Below are positions 27,118-41,035 of a stretch of DNA of 64,000 nucleotides, piece by piece (the first letter of the stretch is position 1; every line of letters starts with the position of its first letter). The notes under the pieces were generated by a model. That model saw nothing but the letters and a program-made list of their open reading frames with translations. It ran no database searches and was not told the origin of the DNA. A program made the position numbers and the translations under genes. The stretch is taken from assembly GCF_009914755.1 (NCBI RefSeq), contig NC_060934.1; one strand, written 5' to 3'. Source of the stretch: the human T2T-CHM13v2.0 reference genome, Homo sapiens.

Positions 27118-27799
27118 AAATGGGTAAGTAAATGCGGCGCTCAGAGCGCTGATGTCCTGTGCGCTCAGGTATCCAGGCAGAGAGAAAGGGGCACCTGGGA
27201 GATGGGATTCTATGACTGAGTTTGCCTCTGACAGTGCAACAGGTAAGAAGACGGGAGAGGAGGTGTCACCTCCGACAAGCCAGTCACAGCTTGCTTCATA
27301 GACTGACCAAAAATCAGGTAGAGAGACAGTGCGTTCCCCAGCTGCAGATGGTGTCTTAGAGCTGTGCCATGGAGCCCATGTCTTGACAAATGACAACAGA
27401 GGCAGAAGAATGGGCTGTGGGGAGTAGCAAAGAACCAGAACCTCCCCTGCATCCTTGGGGACAGGGAGATCACCAGGGGCAGCAACTGTCGCAGGCAGAC
27501 GTGAGTCCAGAGCGGGAGGAGTGTGAAATAGGACCTAACAGAGGGGAATTCTGCCCCTTGGAGATCCTGAGCCTAGGAACGTAACACTCCTTAATCTTGC
27601 AATACCATAATTTAAAACAAACTTTTATTCCCCCTTAGAGTTGGGCCCTGAGCAAAAACAACATAGAAAGTCATCAACACCAATGTCTAAACACCACTTG
27701 AGAAAGAGTTCTACTCGGCACAAGCATTCCCAGGTCCTAGAGAGCTCCCAGACATCATTTATTCTCACCAGGGAGGCAGCCCCACACTCCCTCACGAGG

Positions 27800-28000
27800 T
27801 CTCTGCGTGGAAATTCCTGAACTCAGGGAAGACCCCTAGTCGGTGGCTGAACCATGCGGACTATGACAGCTCTTCTTGTTTTTTGTACAGCTCCCCCGCC
27901 ACCGCCCCCCACCCCAAATGTGCCATTTCGAGTGGCTGGAGTACAAGGTACAAGTAGAAGAACCACTAGAAACAGCATTGGAAAAGTTTCCTGGTCATGA
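27800..28000. promoter_or_regulatory. Candidate enhancer with NF-kB/NFAT-like sites and GC boxes
   Basis: TGGAAATTCC 27808, GGGAAGACCCC 27826, CCCCGCCACCGCCCCC 27894, TGGAAAA 27979; CpGs retained. Confidence 0.35.
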
Positions 28001-28124
28001 GGTGGAGCGCTTAGGACAGGCAAGTAAAGGAGCATGTTAATCACTCCAGAGCAGAGAGCTACTGCGCACATCCTGCAGGACAGACAGGGCCTGCGGGAGC
28101 TACACTGAGGAAGCGTAAACGAGA

Positions 28125-28295
28125 AGTGACCCCCAAACTGGGCTGCCCATCAGAACACCTGGCGAATTTGTTAAAAATAGAGATTCACAGCCTCGTTATG
28201 GCAGGGTTTTGCTTATGCACAGCTGGTGTGGGACCCACAGTGTGTATTTACCGAAGTGCTATGGGCTGCTTCTCAGGCGGTCAGTTCTCTGACTG
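28125..28295. mobile_element. MER5-type hAT fossil
   Basis: CAAACTGGGCTGCCCATCAGAACACCTGG..TTGTTAAAAATAGAGATTC..GTGGGACCCA. Confidence 0.6.
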
Positions 28296-28654
28296 GAATA
28301 GGAAGGAGTGGGATGGAGAGAGACAGGCAGCCGGGAGGCCGGACAGGAGGCTGTCTCTGGGGTTGAGGGCAACCTGAATGCCCTCACTATACTCTTATCC
28401 AAAGCTGTAACCCGCACCTGAGTTTTCTGGTGGTGGAAAGGAGCAAGAAGAATTGGAAAGTTCTGGTTGGGGAGCATCTGTGAAACTTGGCAACATTTTG
28501 AATATCTGTAGGTGACAGGAGGTTTTACCCCACCCTCCACTCCAGACAAAGAGAGTGGCAACTTAGAGAAATGGGGCTGTAAGAGGAGGAGCTGGCTGAG
28601 GACAAAGACAGGTGCTCGGTTTTGGACCCAATCCATTTGAGGGCTTCCTGGAGT

Positions 28655-28905
28655 GGGCAGCACAGCCTAGTGGCTAAAAGAAGACTCCAAAGCTGCCCTC
28701 TGCCTGCATTCATGATTCTTGTTTTGATCTTTCCCTAGCTCTATCGCTTTGGCCTGCATGCCTCAGTTTCCCTATCTGTCAAATGGGAATAATGATAGTG
28801 ACTGTTTCATGGGGCTGATATAAAAATTAAATGAGTTCATACACATGAGGTACTTAGAGCAATATCTGGCATGTATTAAGTGCTGGGTCAGGCACTGCTA
28901 TTCTT
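28655..28905 (+). mobile_element. MIR
   Basis: GGCAGCACAGCCTAGTGGCTAA..GCCTCAGTTTCCCTATCTGTCAAATGGGAATAATGATAGT..ATTAAATGAG. Confidence 0.85.
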
Positions 28906-30199
28906 GTTACCACACCATCAGATGGGAGTCAGTTGGCTGAAGCTGTCCATCTGGGGCTGGGGAGGTCAGGCAGGACTGGAGATACAGATATTTTATTTTC
29001 ACTTTTTCAAATGATAGTTAATAACTTGCTGCTAAGAGACATGTGTAGAAGGGTCCAGCATGACTTCCCTGCCACTACTTTGGACATGGGTGCCAGCCAG
29101 CCCAGCACCAACCACTCTGGAGATGGGATGGACATTGGCAATGTAGAGAGTAGGAAAACCTGGATTCTAATTCTGTCTGCCACCAGCTACTTCTATGGCC
29201 TTCTCTGATCTGTTACACTGAGACTTGAGCTTTTCGTGTTCAAATGGCTTCTCCAGCCTTTTTGATTGTTCCAAAATCAAAACCATTAATATCCTGAAAG
29301 AAGAAGGAAAAGGCCTCTGGCTCTTTTGCCCTGGTGCTTTGCATAACTCAGATAAGATACAGGATTCTCTGCCGGAGCAGGAGATAATAAAATAGATTGA
29401 GCATTGGCGGCAGCCTGGTGGCTGAGTATCCCCTGGGTGGTAGTCAGGATCCCAGTTCAAAATGTTATGGAGCACATGCTGTTTTCTATTCACATTTGGC
29501 TGGATATTAAACACAAGCAAACAAACAATAACGACGGCCACCCACTTGGTGGATAGCATAGCCAGTGAATAGCTGCCAAATGTCAACTACACTTCGTGCT
29601 GTGTGGACATACACCTTAGGCAGGTTGTAGTGGGGGACTGGAAAGAAGCCAGCTAAAAAAGCCCTCTTAACCTAAGAAAACCCTCTTAACTTCTGTCCTT
29701 CCATGGAACAAAACCAAAATGACATACCGCCCCCAAAACATTGTCCCCTCTGATGGTGACTAAAGAATACAATCCATGCTAGGGTGATAAACTACAAACA
29801 TAAGCTCATTCAACAATGTTTTAAAAAGTTGTCCTTTTTAAAATAGCTATTTCTCTTATGTTCCCTAATCCTTACAAGTAATTTAAAAATCGAGTAATTA
29901 AAAATTAATATACTCCATGAAACATGGATTAAATAACAACCAACTAATCAGAACCCTCACTCCATTGGAATTTTTGCAACCTCTGTTGTTTAAATAAACA
30001 TTAATGATAAGAAAACTCTCATCTGGTGGGCTTGTGGCTTCGATGTGTACTTAGCCAAAAGGGCGGCCACATTTCTTTGGGTTTCCTTCTCATTAACCAC
30101 AAGGGAACGAGCCCAGAGTTGAATTCAGATAAACCTGAATGCAATTCCCAGTCTGATCATCGCTGGTTACAAGAACTCACCTTAATAATTGAATCTCAT

Positions 30200-30520
<321 letters not shown>

Positions 30521-30685
30521 TCACTAAAACAGTATACTTCTCATTTGTGTAAATAGAAATGAGCACTTGCTCCCTGGAATTATTTTGACCCTTATAATGG
30601 AGTTGCATTTTCAGCTGGGGTGGGGGAATTAGGTTGTAAAGTTAACGTATATACTCATATTTTCCTTGAAAATGCACTAAATGGC

Positions 30686-30975
30686 CAACCACTGTCCAAT
30701 AGAAACATAATGAGAGCCACATATGTAATTTTAAGTTTTCTGCTTGATGCATTAGAAATATAAGAAACAGGTGAAATTAATTTTTATAATATATTTTATG
30801 TAAACCCAGTATATCCAAAATATTTCAACATGCAATCAACATAAAAAATTACTAATGAGATATTTCACCTTTCTTTGATGAAGTCTTCAAAACCCAATGT
30901 GTATTTTACACTGCACATCTTAACTAGCCACATTTTGAGCACCCAGTAGCCGCCGGATGCTGCGGCTCCAAACCA
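30686..30975. mobile_element. MER33-type hAT-Charlie fossil
   Basis: CTGTCCAATAGAAA.ATAATG.GAGCCACATATGTAATTTTAA...GAAACAGGTGAAATTAATTTT...CTAGCCACATTT. Confidence 0.85.
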
Positions 30976-31389
30976 TTCTTGTGTCTAGGGGAGTGGCAGG
31001 CCAGGTCTCCATGAAGGCAACCTAACTAGATTTCCTCCAGTGTTGAAGCCGTTGTGCATTTCTTCAGTTGAGCACCACAGTGAAGCAGATGGTTCACCTT
31101 TAGGGCCCAAGAAGGAAAATTATCTTTAAGTATCAGAGTTGCTCATTGAGCAAAACACGGTCACTTCCTAGAGGCACCACTGAACACGCTGGGGAAGGGT
31201 AGGGCCTCCTCAGCCACTTCACACATGACGTACATCCCTGAAACTTAGTTGGGAGTTTGCCCAGTGTGTGCCTATGAAATCGTAAGTTAAATGTACATAT
31301 AAATATGCCTTCACTTTGTGCATGGATGAAATTTCAGCTCAGAGGACATTCATTGAGCTCCTACTGTATGGCAGAATCCAGAAACTATA

Positions 31390-31590
31390 GAAGTGTCTGC
31401 CCAAGTTCAAATCTTCACATAGTTACTTAGTAGTTCTATAACATCTGATGGATGATTCGATTTCTTAAGTCTGTTTCCTCATATGCAAAACCAAGATGAT
31501 AATAACCGTTCTCCATTGATAGGGTTGTTATTTTAAAATTAAATAAGATAATTGGTACAAAGCACAGGGCAGAAAACATGCTTACTTCAC
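31390..31590 (+). mobile_element. MIR
   Basis: GTTCAAATC..GTCTGTTTCCTCATATGCAAAA..ATAATAAC..ATAGGGTTGTT..ATTAAATAAGATAAT. Confidence 0.7.
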
Positions 31591-32367
31591 TTTCCTATTC
31601 TTCATAGTGATTAGGATGGGTAGGCAATAGATATTGCTGATTATGACAGTACGAACAGGGTTGGCCCAATTCATTAAGGGGATGAAGAAGACTTTCAGGT
31701 CCCAAAACTTCTCCTTGCCCCATCAGCCACCAGTTCCTGACACAACTCAGTGGACAATCATCCTTTTAGCCTGTATCATTCTCTCTGGGGCTTTTATTTA
31801 AAAAGTGGAAGAGGAAGAACAGCTGGAGCCAAGAGCTTGTTAGTATGAATGTCATTTATTCACCTTGTTCTTGTCTAGAGTAACCCCAGGAATCAATGAT
31901 GCTCATTTGGCCAAGTAGGGGCTCAGAAGCAGGGGAATGACCAGTCTGGGTTATACACTTCTTCACGGATAACAGTTGACCCCCCGGAAGGCATGGACAT
32001 ATTGACTCTAAAAAACTGATGAGGGTCATTCTATTTCCCCACAGACACGGCTAAGGAAAACCGAAATACTCACACGTCACAAGGTACCAAACAGACTAGA
32101 GGTTATGATGACTTCGGACAACTTTCTAATCTGTTTGTCAAAGTGTTTTCCTTCCAAGAAAGGTGAAGGCTTAAAGAAGAATTCCTCACCAAAAACATAT
32201 TTTTTAACAACCAAGAAGAAGAAAGAACCTGGAGAAGAGGAAGAAAATCAAACACATTTTATGAAACATTAGACAAAGAAAGGAAGAAAATAAATCCAGG
32301 CCTGAAGAATCTTGCCAGCAGCATGCTTAGCAGTGAGGGAAGAAGATAAAGTCATGAGCTACCAGCC

Positions 32368-32470
32368 ACATGCGTGCAGGTGTGCACGTGTGCACATGTG
32401 CATGTGTGCATGCATGTGCCTGTGTCCATGTGCACATGTGTGTGCGTGTGCATGTCCGTGCGTGCATGTG
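32368..32470 (+). repeat. (TG/TGCA)-rich alternating purine-pyrimidine tract
   Basis: gtgtgcacgtgtgcacatgtgcatgtgtgcatgcatgtgc... Confidence 0.85.
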
Positions 32471-32675
32471 TTTTCCATGGGCTCTGCACCTCTCCTGCAG
32501 GTAAGGAGCTTGCTTCGTGTGTCTTATTATTCCAATGGGCTGTTTAAGAGTGGTGCCAAGAAATGAGGTGCCAAATAAAGAGCATTTTGTCGGAAGAAAG
32601 ACACTTTCTGCTGTCTGTCCCTCTGTGAACAGCAGAGCAGGAAACATCACACCTGGTGTTAAGAAGCAATGCCTT

Positions 32676-32869
32676 CAGGTCGGCATCTGACCTCAGCACT
32701 ATTTATTGTGAGAGGCTGTCCTCTGCCCTGTAGGGTGTTCAGCAGCATCACTGGCCTCCACCTAGCAAATGCTAGTAGCACCCCCACCTTCAGTTGTGAC
32801 ACCAAAAATATCTCCAGATATTGTCCAGTGTCCCAAGGGGGGCAAAGTTGTCCCCGGTGAGAAGTCCTG
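32676..32869 (-). mobile_element. MER20 (hAT-Charlie)
   Basis: GGCTGTCCT..TGTAGG.TGTTCAGCAGCATC.CTGGCCTC..CAGTTGTGACA.CAAAAAT.TCTCCAGA.ATTG. Confidence 0.85.
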
Positions 32870-34261
32870 GTCTAGGGCATGCTGGGGCAGCCTGCCATTT
32901 TGCCCTCCAGCTAGACCGAAATGCAAGGAAAATTATCTGCTTTCTGAACCAGATGGGAAAAATCACTTAACCAAACCCTGCCTCTCCCCTATATCTTCTT
33001 TTTTCAGCTCCAACACAAGGACAGTTCAATTTAGGAAAGCAATGAAGAATATAAAACACAGCCTGGCGATGGGTTTTCTAAGCCAGATTTGGCCTTCCCA
33101 GCTTCAAAGATCATGAAACCTCTCATTTGTACTCCACAAAGCAGCAATTTCTCACAAGGATACGTTCCTTTGACTCTCTTAAAAGTCAAGTACAGCTTGG
33201 TAACCACAGAGTACAGAAAATACAGGCTTTCTGCAAGAAGCAATTATTCAAAACCCAAAGACTTAAAAAAAATGAGCATGTCAAGTCGTGTCAGTTACAA
33301 CATGTAAGACAACTGGATTTCTCCACTTATAAGCAATGAAATGGTCTGGATTTGTTTTTTTCTGGCCGACTTTGATTATTTCTTAGAGATATAACCCAAA
33401 CTGTCTAAAAATGTTGACACCAGGTTACTGACCTTTTAATTTAAAAAAAGAAGTTCCAGGTTTAGTATTTAGGCTTTCGCTTTAAATGTTCACCAATCAT
33501 TACATCCATAATTAGACCTTGTGCTGGAATGTACCAAAATCTGCCTCCTGGATCACTTACAAGGTCTGTTGAAGCCACGAAAAAACTGAATACTTCAGCA
33601 ATGGTTAGATTTTTCTGGGCTGGCACAGGAAAACTCAGTTCATGGAATATAAATCAGCAATCCTACACTCTAATTTCCACCCTTCACATGTAGCATGATT
33701 ATACAACAGAGCTGTACACGCATCAAGTCAAAAACCAAGGCTTGTTTGCCAGAAGGAAACCAAACCTTCAATTCTGTGGTTAATGCCACCTAGGGATATA
33801 ATTACACAAGCTAATATCATCTTTCTACTGGAGGAGAGGAAAAGAGATTCTCATGGGCAATATTCATTTGAATTAACCATCTTAGGTTTAATACTAAGAC
33901 TACAATCAAATTCCTAAGGTATTCTTATTGAAAAGTTTAAAATTAAAAAATTATTCATCTGATAGTAACATTAACATGCTTATAGTATATCTTATCCAGT
34001 TTATTAAATGTCCATTTCAGAAGTGTTCTCAAAACACTCCCTCCCACATAATTAAAAGGATTTTGCTTAAAATAAACCAATTGTATTATGACCCTCACAC
34101 ACAGCAGCAGAATTTAGGGAGAGTTCAAACATTCGATGAAGCACTGGTGCTCCTTATTGGGTCTCAAGACACCAACATTAGTATAACATATTTAACTAAA
34201 GGCAAGCACAGAAATTGTTTTTATTAGAAGGCTCAAGAGGGTACTTATTAAGAAAGTTTCG

Positions 34262-34546
34262 GGCTGGGCGCGGTGGCTCACACTTGTAATCCCAGCACTT
34301 TGGGAGGCCGAGGCGGGCGGATCACGAGGTCAGGAGATTGAGACCACGGTGAAACCCCGTCTCTACTAAAAATACAAAAAATTAGCGGGGCGTGGTGGTG
34401 GGTGCCTGTAGTCCCAGCTACTCGGAGAGGCTGAGGCAGGAGGATGGCGTGAACCTGGGAGGCGGAGCTTGCAGTGAGCCGGGATTTCGCCACTGCATTC
34501 CAGCCTGGGCGATGGAGCAAGACTCCGTCTCAAAAAAAAAAAAAAA
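34262..34546 (+). mobile_element. AluY of the Yc3/Yd3 lineage
   Basis: 12-bp deletion (GAGACCACGGTGAAA), CTTGTAATC variant, extra A in CTCGGAGAGGCTGAGG; many CpGs retained; poly-A. Confidence 0.85.
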
Positions 34547-34751
34547 AAAGTTTGGGAGGTTGTGGTATTTGCTGTCCATTGCAAAAACTAATTCCTAACA
34601 AGCAAGTTAGGCACTTAGAATTACAGGAAGATTCATATGCGGATCATGCCGAATCTTTCAGAACATTAGCACCCTTCTAACATTTCACAGATACTCTTAA
34701 AAACTGAAGAGTACTGCAGTGAACAGTTTATTATAAAGAACCATCCACATT

Positions 34752-35158
34752 CATGTATACACCATGGAATACTATGCAGCCATGAAAAATAATGAGTCCA
34801 TGTCCTTTGCAGGGACATGGATGAAGCTGGAAACCATCATCCTCAGCAAAGTAACACAGGAACAGAAAACCAAACACCACATGTTCTCACTCATAAGTGG
34901 GAGTTAAACAGTGAGAACACATGGACACAGATAGGGGAACAACACACACCGGGGCCTGTCAGGGGGTGGGGGGAAGGAGAGAAAGAGCATTAGGACAAAT
35001 ACCTAATGCATGCAGGGCTTAAAACCTAGATGACGGGTTGATAGGTGCAGCAAACCACCATGGCACATGTATACCCATGTAACAAACCTGCACATTCAGC
35101 TCATGTGTCCCAGAACTTAAAGTTTTAAAAAATTAAAAAACGAAAAAAACCAAAAAAC
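34752..35158 (+). mobile_element. L1PA (about PA8-PA10) 3' end, 5'-truncated
   Basis: ATACACCATGGAATACTATGCAGCC...CTTAAAACCTAGATGACGGGTTGATAGGTGCAGCAAACCACCATGGCAC; A tail; TSD CCATCCACATT at 34741 and 35159. Confidence 0.92.
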
Positions 35159-35291
35159 CCATCCACATTAAAACTTCTCTGGACTGAAGAACTCCTCTGC
35201 CACCCGACTTTCTTATCCCCACCTTGGATTATTCCCTTTGCCCACTGACCCTAAGCATCGTCTCTCATCCATCTCCATGTGTGAACCGCAA

Positions 35292-35685
35292 AAGCATATG
35301 GGCAGTTTTTTAGAAAGCTAAACATAGGGTTACCACATGACCCAGTAATTTTACCCCTAGGTATGTATCCGACAGAAATAAAAACATATATCCATCCAAG
35401 AGTTATACATGAATGTTCACAGAGGCATTATTCCTAACAGCCAATACGTGAAAGCAAGTCCAAATGTCCATCAACTGATGAATAAATGCAATGTGGCATA
35501 TTAGTCAGTGCTATAGCTAATATTCCATCTGTGCAATGGAATATTAGTTAGCTATGAAAAGGAACAAAGACCTAATACATGCTATGGCCATGGATGAACC
35601 CCTAAGACATAATATTAAGTGAAAGAAGTCAGTTAAGAAAGGCCATCTACTATATGGTCCCATTTATACGAGCTGTCCAGAAAGA
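35292..35685 (+). mobile_element. L1MB-type fragment
   Basis: TTACCACATGACCCAG.AATT..CCTAGGTAT..CAAATGTCCATCAACTGATGAAT..AAGTGAAAGAAGTCAG. Confidence 0.8.
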
Positions 35686-36429
35686 CATGGGTTCAAGTAT
35701 AAATAATTTTCCTAAAATATAATTCACTCCTCTACCTTATACTGAAGTTTAATTAAAACCACACCTAACATCGATTTTTAAATTTACTTCTTAAAATATA
35801 TTACTTGCTTGTATCAAAATGACAATTGAAAACATATTTAACAGAATCCACCAAACAAAAGACCACTATGCCACATTGATATCCAATAGGAAATTCCAAA
35901 TATTGCAACCAAAAATACAAATCAACTCTTTTTAAAGAGATAATAGTACCGTTAGCCTCTGTCTTCTAAATGTTTGTTCTAACTACCATTTCTTAAACTT
36001 CTCAACTTGGGACTCTTCTTCGATTATGTTGAGAAACAATGAGATATTAAGCATTTCAAAGTCTCCCTGAGTTATCAAAGAATCAAAAATAAATCCCAAA
36101 TTGCCTTTTAAGTGTGAAATGTGGTTTTTTTCCACTCTCGGTTGAAAAATGGCTGCAGAAATTATACTCAGATTTTCCATGCTATAAATCTCTCTCAAGC
36201 TAGGACTGGGCATGAACATTTTTAGCCTTGAAGAATATTTTTGTCAGAAAGATATGACGGAAGCAGTCAGGGAGCTGTAATCATCATCTATGTGTTGCCT
36301 TGGCTGCAGAGGTCAGTGTTGGAAATGAGAGGTGAGAATGCAAGACCCTTACCAAAGAAACAAAAAAGAAAGCTACAACAACAACAACAACCCTTATTGA
36401 AATGCACACAATCCAATCAAATCCAATAA

Positions 36430-36900
36430 AAATAGTATGCACCAAAAGAGCCATAAAAAATGTTCATGTTCTTTGGCTCAGTCATCCCTGTTTTTAGGAA
36501 TTTATCCTAAAGAAAAGCAAACCACTGTGACATGATTTATAATAGAAAAAAAAAACAAAAAACAACTGGAAACAGCATCAACATGCAACAACAGTAATTG
36601 GTTAATTAAATTATGGTACATCCTTTTGATGAAATGTTATGTCTCCAAAAAGACTAAGTATAAAAGACATGGAAATGTACTTATGATATAAGGTTAATAG
36701 GGAAAGAATAAAAATATAGTCATAATAAATATATAAAAATGTACACTATAATAATTATGCAAGCAAATGTATTTATATGGAAAAAGGATTAGAAGAGACT
36801 ATATAAAAGTATAAATCATTGTGCTAGCATGGTGGGCCTACTCATTTTTTTCTCCATTTTCTCAAATTGCTAAAATATTACCACAGTCTTTTTAAAAATT
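36430..36900 (+). mobile_element. Ancient L1ME 3' fragment
   Basis: TAGGAATTTATCCTAAAGAAA..AACTGGAAACA..AAATTATGGTACATCC. Confidence 0.55.
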
Positions 36901-37809
36901 AAGCCAACCGTACACATTTTATGAGAAACTATTTCATTAATCAAGTGGCACGCTTACTACCAACCATACTTTACTTGTGCTATTTGTGTCAAAATAATGG
37001 CCATCAGAGACCCCCAGTCAAGAAACAGGGACAGGAAATATGGATCTTTAGCTGAGGGTCAAGCTGTGGTTCTGTGACAGACTTGGCCATGAGAAGAATT
37101 TTCTGGACAATAGAAGTAACAGAAGAGGCTCTGTTTTCCGAACTCCACATACGTACTGCTGATTTTTCTTTTTAAATTTCCGTTACATCTCTTGGGAGGA
37201 AATTGCATGTGAAAGATCAGAAGCCCCTTCTTTTGTCTGCTGAGACTCACCTGGTAACTCACTAGTCTGACCAGCCCTGAAGGAGCTTCAGCAAACATTC
37301 CCTGGGAACAGTGTGCAAGAGGGGTAAGCATGGACTGGCAAGGTGGGCCAGGGGGCTCAGCACTCTGCCCGGGAGGCAACAAGAAGTCTGTGAGGGTTAA
37401 TTTCATGTATTAACTTGGCTGGGTTATGGTACCCAGATAGCTGGTCAGACATTGTTCTAGATGTTTCTGTGAAGGTATTTTTTACATGAGATTAACACTT
37501 AAATCAGTAGCTTCAGGTAAAGGAGATCATCCTTTAATCTGCTTTACAGTGGGTAGGACTCATCCAAAGAGTTGAAGACCTTAATGGAAAAAAGACAGAC
37601 CTTCCTGAGCAAGAGAGGATTCTCCCAGCCTACAGCCTTCTCTGACTTGAACTGAAACTTGGCTCTCCCCTAGGTCTCCAGCCTGCTGGTCCACCCCACA
37701 GATTTTGGACTTGCCAGCCTGCACAATTGTGTGAGCCAATTCCTTACACTAAATCTCTCTCTCTAGGAAGAGAAAGAGACTGTATACATATAAATATATA
37801 TAGAGAGAA

Positions 37810-39276
<1,467 letters not shown>

Positions 39277-40864
39277 TATATACATATATATATATATACA
39301 CACACACACATACTTGAAACTATATACATATAGTACATATATGGAGTACGTATATACCTATAGTACGTAGATATATGATACTACACACACACGCAACACA
39401 GCCTATCAGTGCAGTTTCTCTGAAGAACCCTGACCAGTATAGAGCTCTGCTTCCATAATTGTTGCCTGTGCTGTCACCTGGTGCAGAGGTGTTCTGAGGA
39501 CATCTGTTGAATGAGGAAGGGAGGAGAGAGCTGCTCTTGCGTCCTGGAATGGGGGCGCTCTCAGGCCAGTTGCCCATATCCCTCTGAGAAACTCATGTAA
39601 ATTAAAACACTGGCAAAAAATTATTAAAGTTATAACTCACAGAGCTCCTGCCTCTGCGTGCCTGCCTCTGCGTGTCTTTGCTAATATTTTCAACGTTTGT
39701 TAAGAAATCACGTTTACCATTGTATTTCCTATACCTGGCTCACCTGAATCTGAGATCCCTAACCACACACCTGAGAACCCTACTGAAGCCATTGGTTATG
39801 GTCTCCAGTGGAATCAGTTTTTACATTTACAAATGACTTGCTAATTCAATATGAAGTCACAGTAATTATGACTTAGTCCTGTTCGCCAATTTCCACCTTC
39901 CATATAATGTCGACAGTATAAAGACAATATACTCATTGTTTCTCTAACATGGGATTAATATTTTGTCTGCAATAGACAAGACCTCCCTCTTTTCAGAGTC
40001 CTTTGTGATGTACCCTATTAATCAGTAATACGTTAAAGACTTCTCACGTTTCAGAATGTATAACAGCTTATGATTGAGTTACTATTTAATTTTCTGCCCC
40101 TGATTTTTGAGGATTCTAATCCCAAAGTTTAGTCCAAGCTACACATTTTTGGTAGTTGTTTAATGCCCTTATAAAGTTTTTCTTTTAATGGTAATAACAA
40201 AAGGTCTGATTTTAACACTACCTTTTACGTAACTGGTTTAAATTAGCAAGGTGTATTCAAAGCACACTGACTTACTGATTTAACATATTACTGAAATGGA
40301 TAATTTCTTACTTACATGATTAAACTGCCTGGTTGTTTTACTATCCTAAAACCAGTTTACTAACAGGAACACACACCTTGCCACCCAGGAGGAAAGCCAC
40401 GCCAGGAAAAGGACAACAGGACCCCACCTAGGGCTCAGGGTCTAAGTATTTTCATAGAAAATGAGAAATAAAAAATATTTGCATTCTTTGCATTTTTCAT
40501 CCTGCTTTCCCTTCAATGAAGACTATTCTGAGATTCAACCTTTAAAAAAGAGTCAAGGGTCAGTCTCCTTTGAGGGACTTGCTCCAGCATGGAATAAATG
40601 AGAGCCAGTCTTGTTGAAGGTCACGTTACATGTATGCTTTGAGGAAGTCAGTCTATGCACGAATGACGTTGGAAAAACCACCAGTATACTAATTCCCCAG
40701 GAAAGCAAATCCTATGTGGCCCACAAAGGTGGCATCATTTCAAAGTGCCAAATATCCACTTACATCCCTGCAGTTGTCCTTGCACCATTTCCCTCTCAGG
40801 TAACTTTAATCAAGTCTGTTAACATCAACCATCAGCTCACTTCCTTAAGCCATATCTGCTACTA

Positions 40865-41035
40865 GATTGAGGTTTCTTAATCCTAACGACCATCATCAAA
40901 TTGCAATCATCTGGGGAGACTTTCCCAAAGCACTATTCCTGAGCCCCACCCTAGACCAGTTAAATCAGAATTGACAGGAATGGAACCTGGGCTGATTCTA
41001 ATGAATCAGGCAAAATAAATGCTAAGACCCACATG
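40865..41035. mobile_element. MER5-type hAT fossil
   Basis: AATCATCTGGGGAG..CCTGAGCCCCACCCTAGACCAGTTAAATCAGAAT..TGATTCTAATG. Confidence 0.7.

Noticed and set aside
33784-33800. CTCF-like motif (similar partial matches near 17935, 27340, 47815)
   Set aside because: Partial matches at a frequency expected by chance; cannot be supported without a PWM scan or ChIP data.
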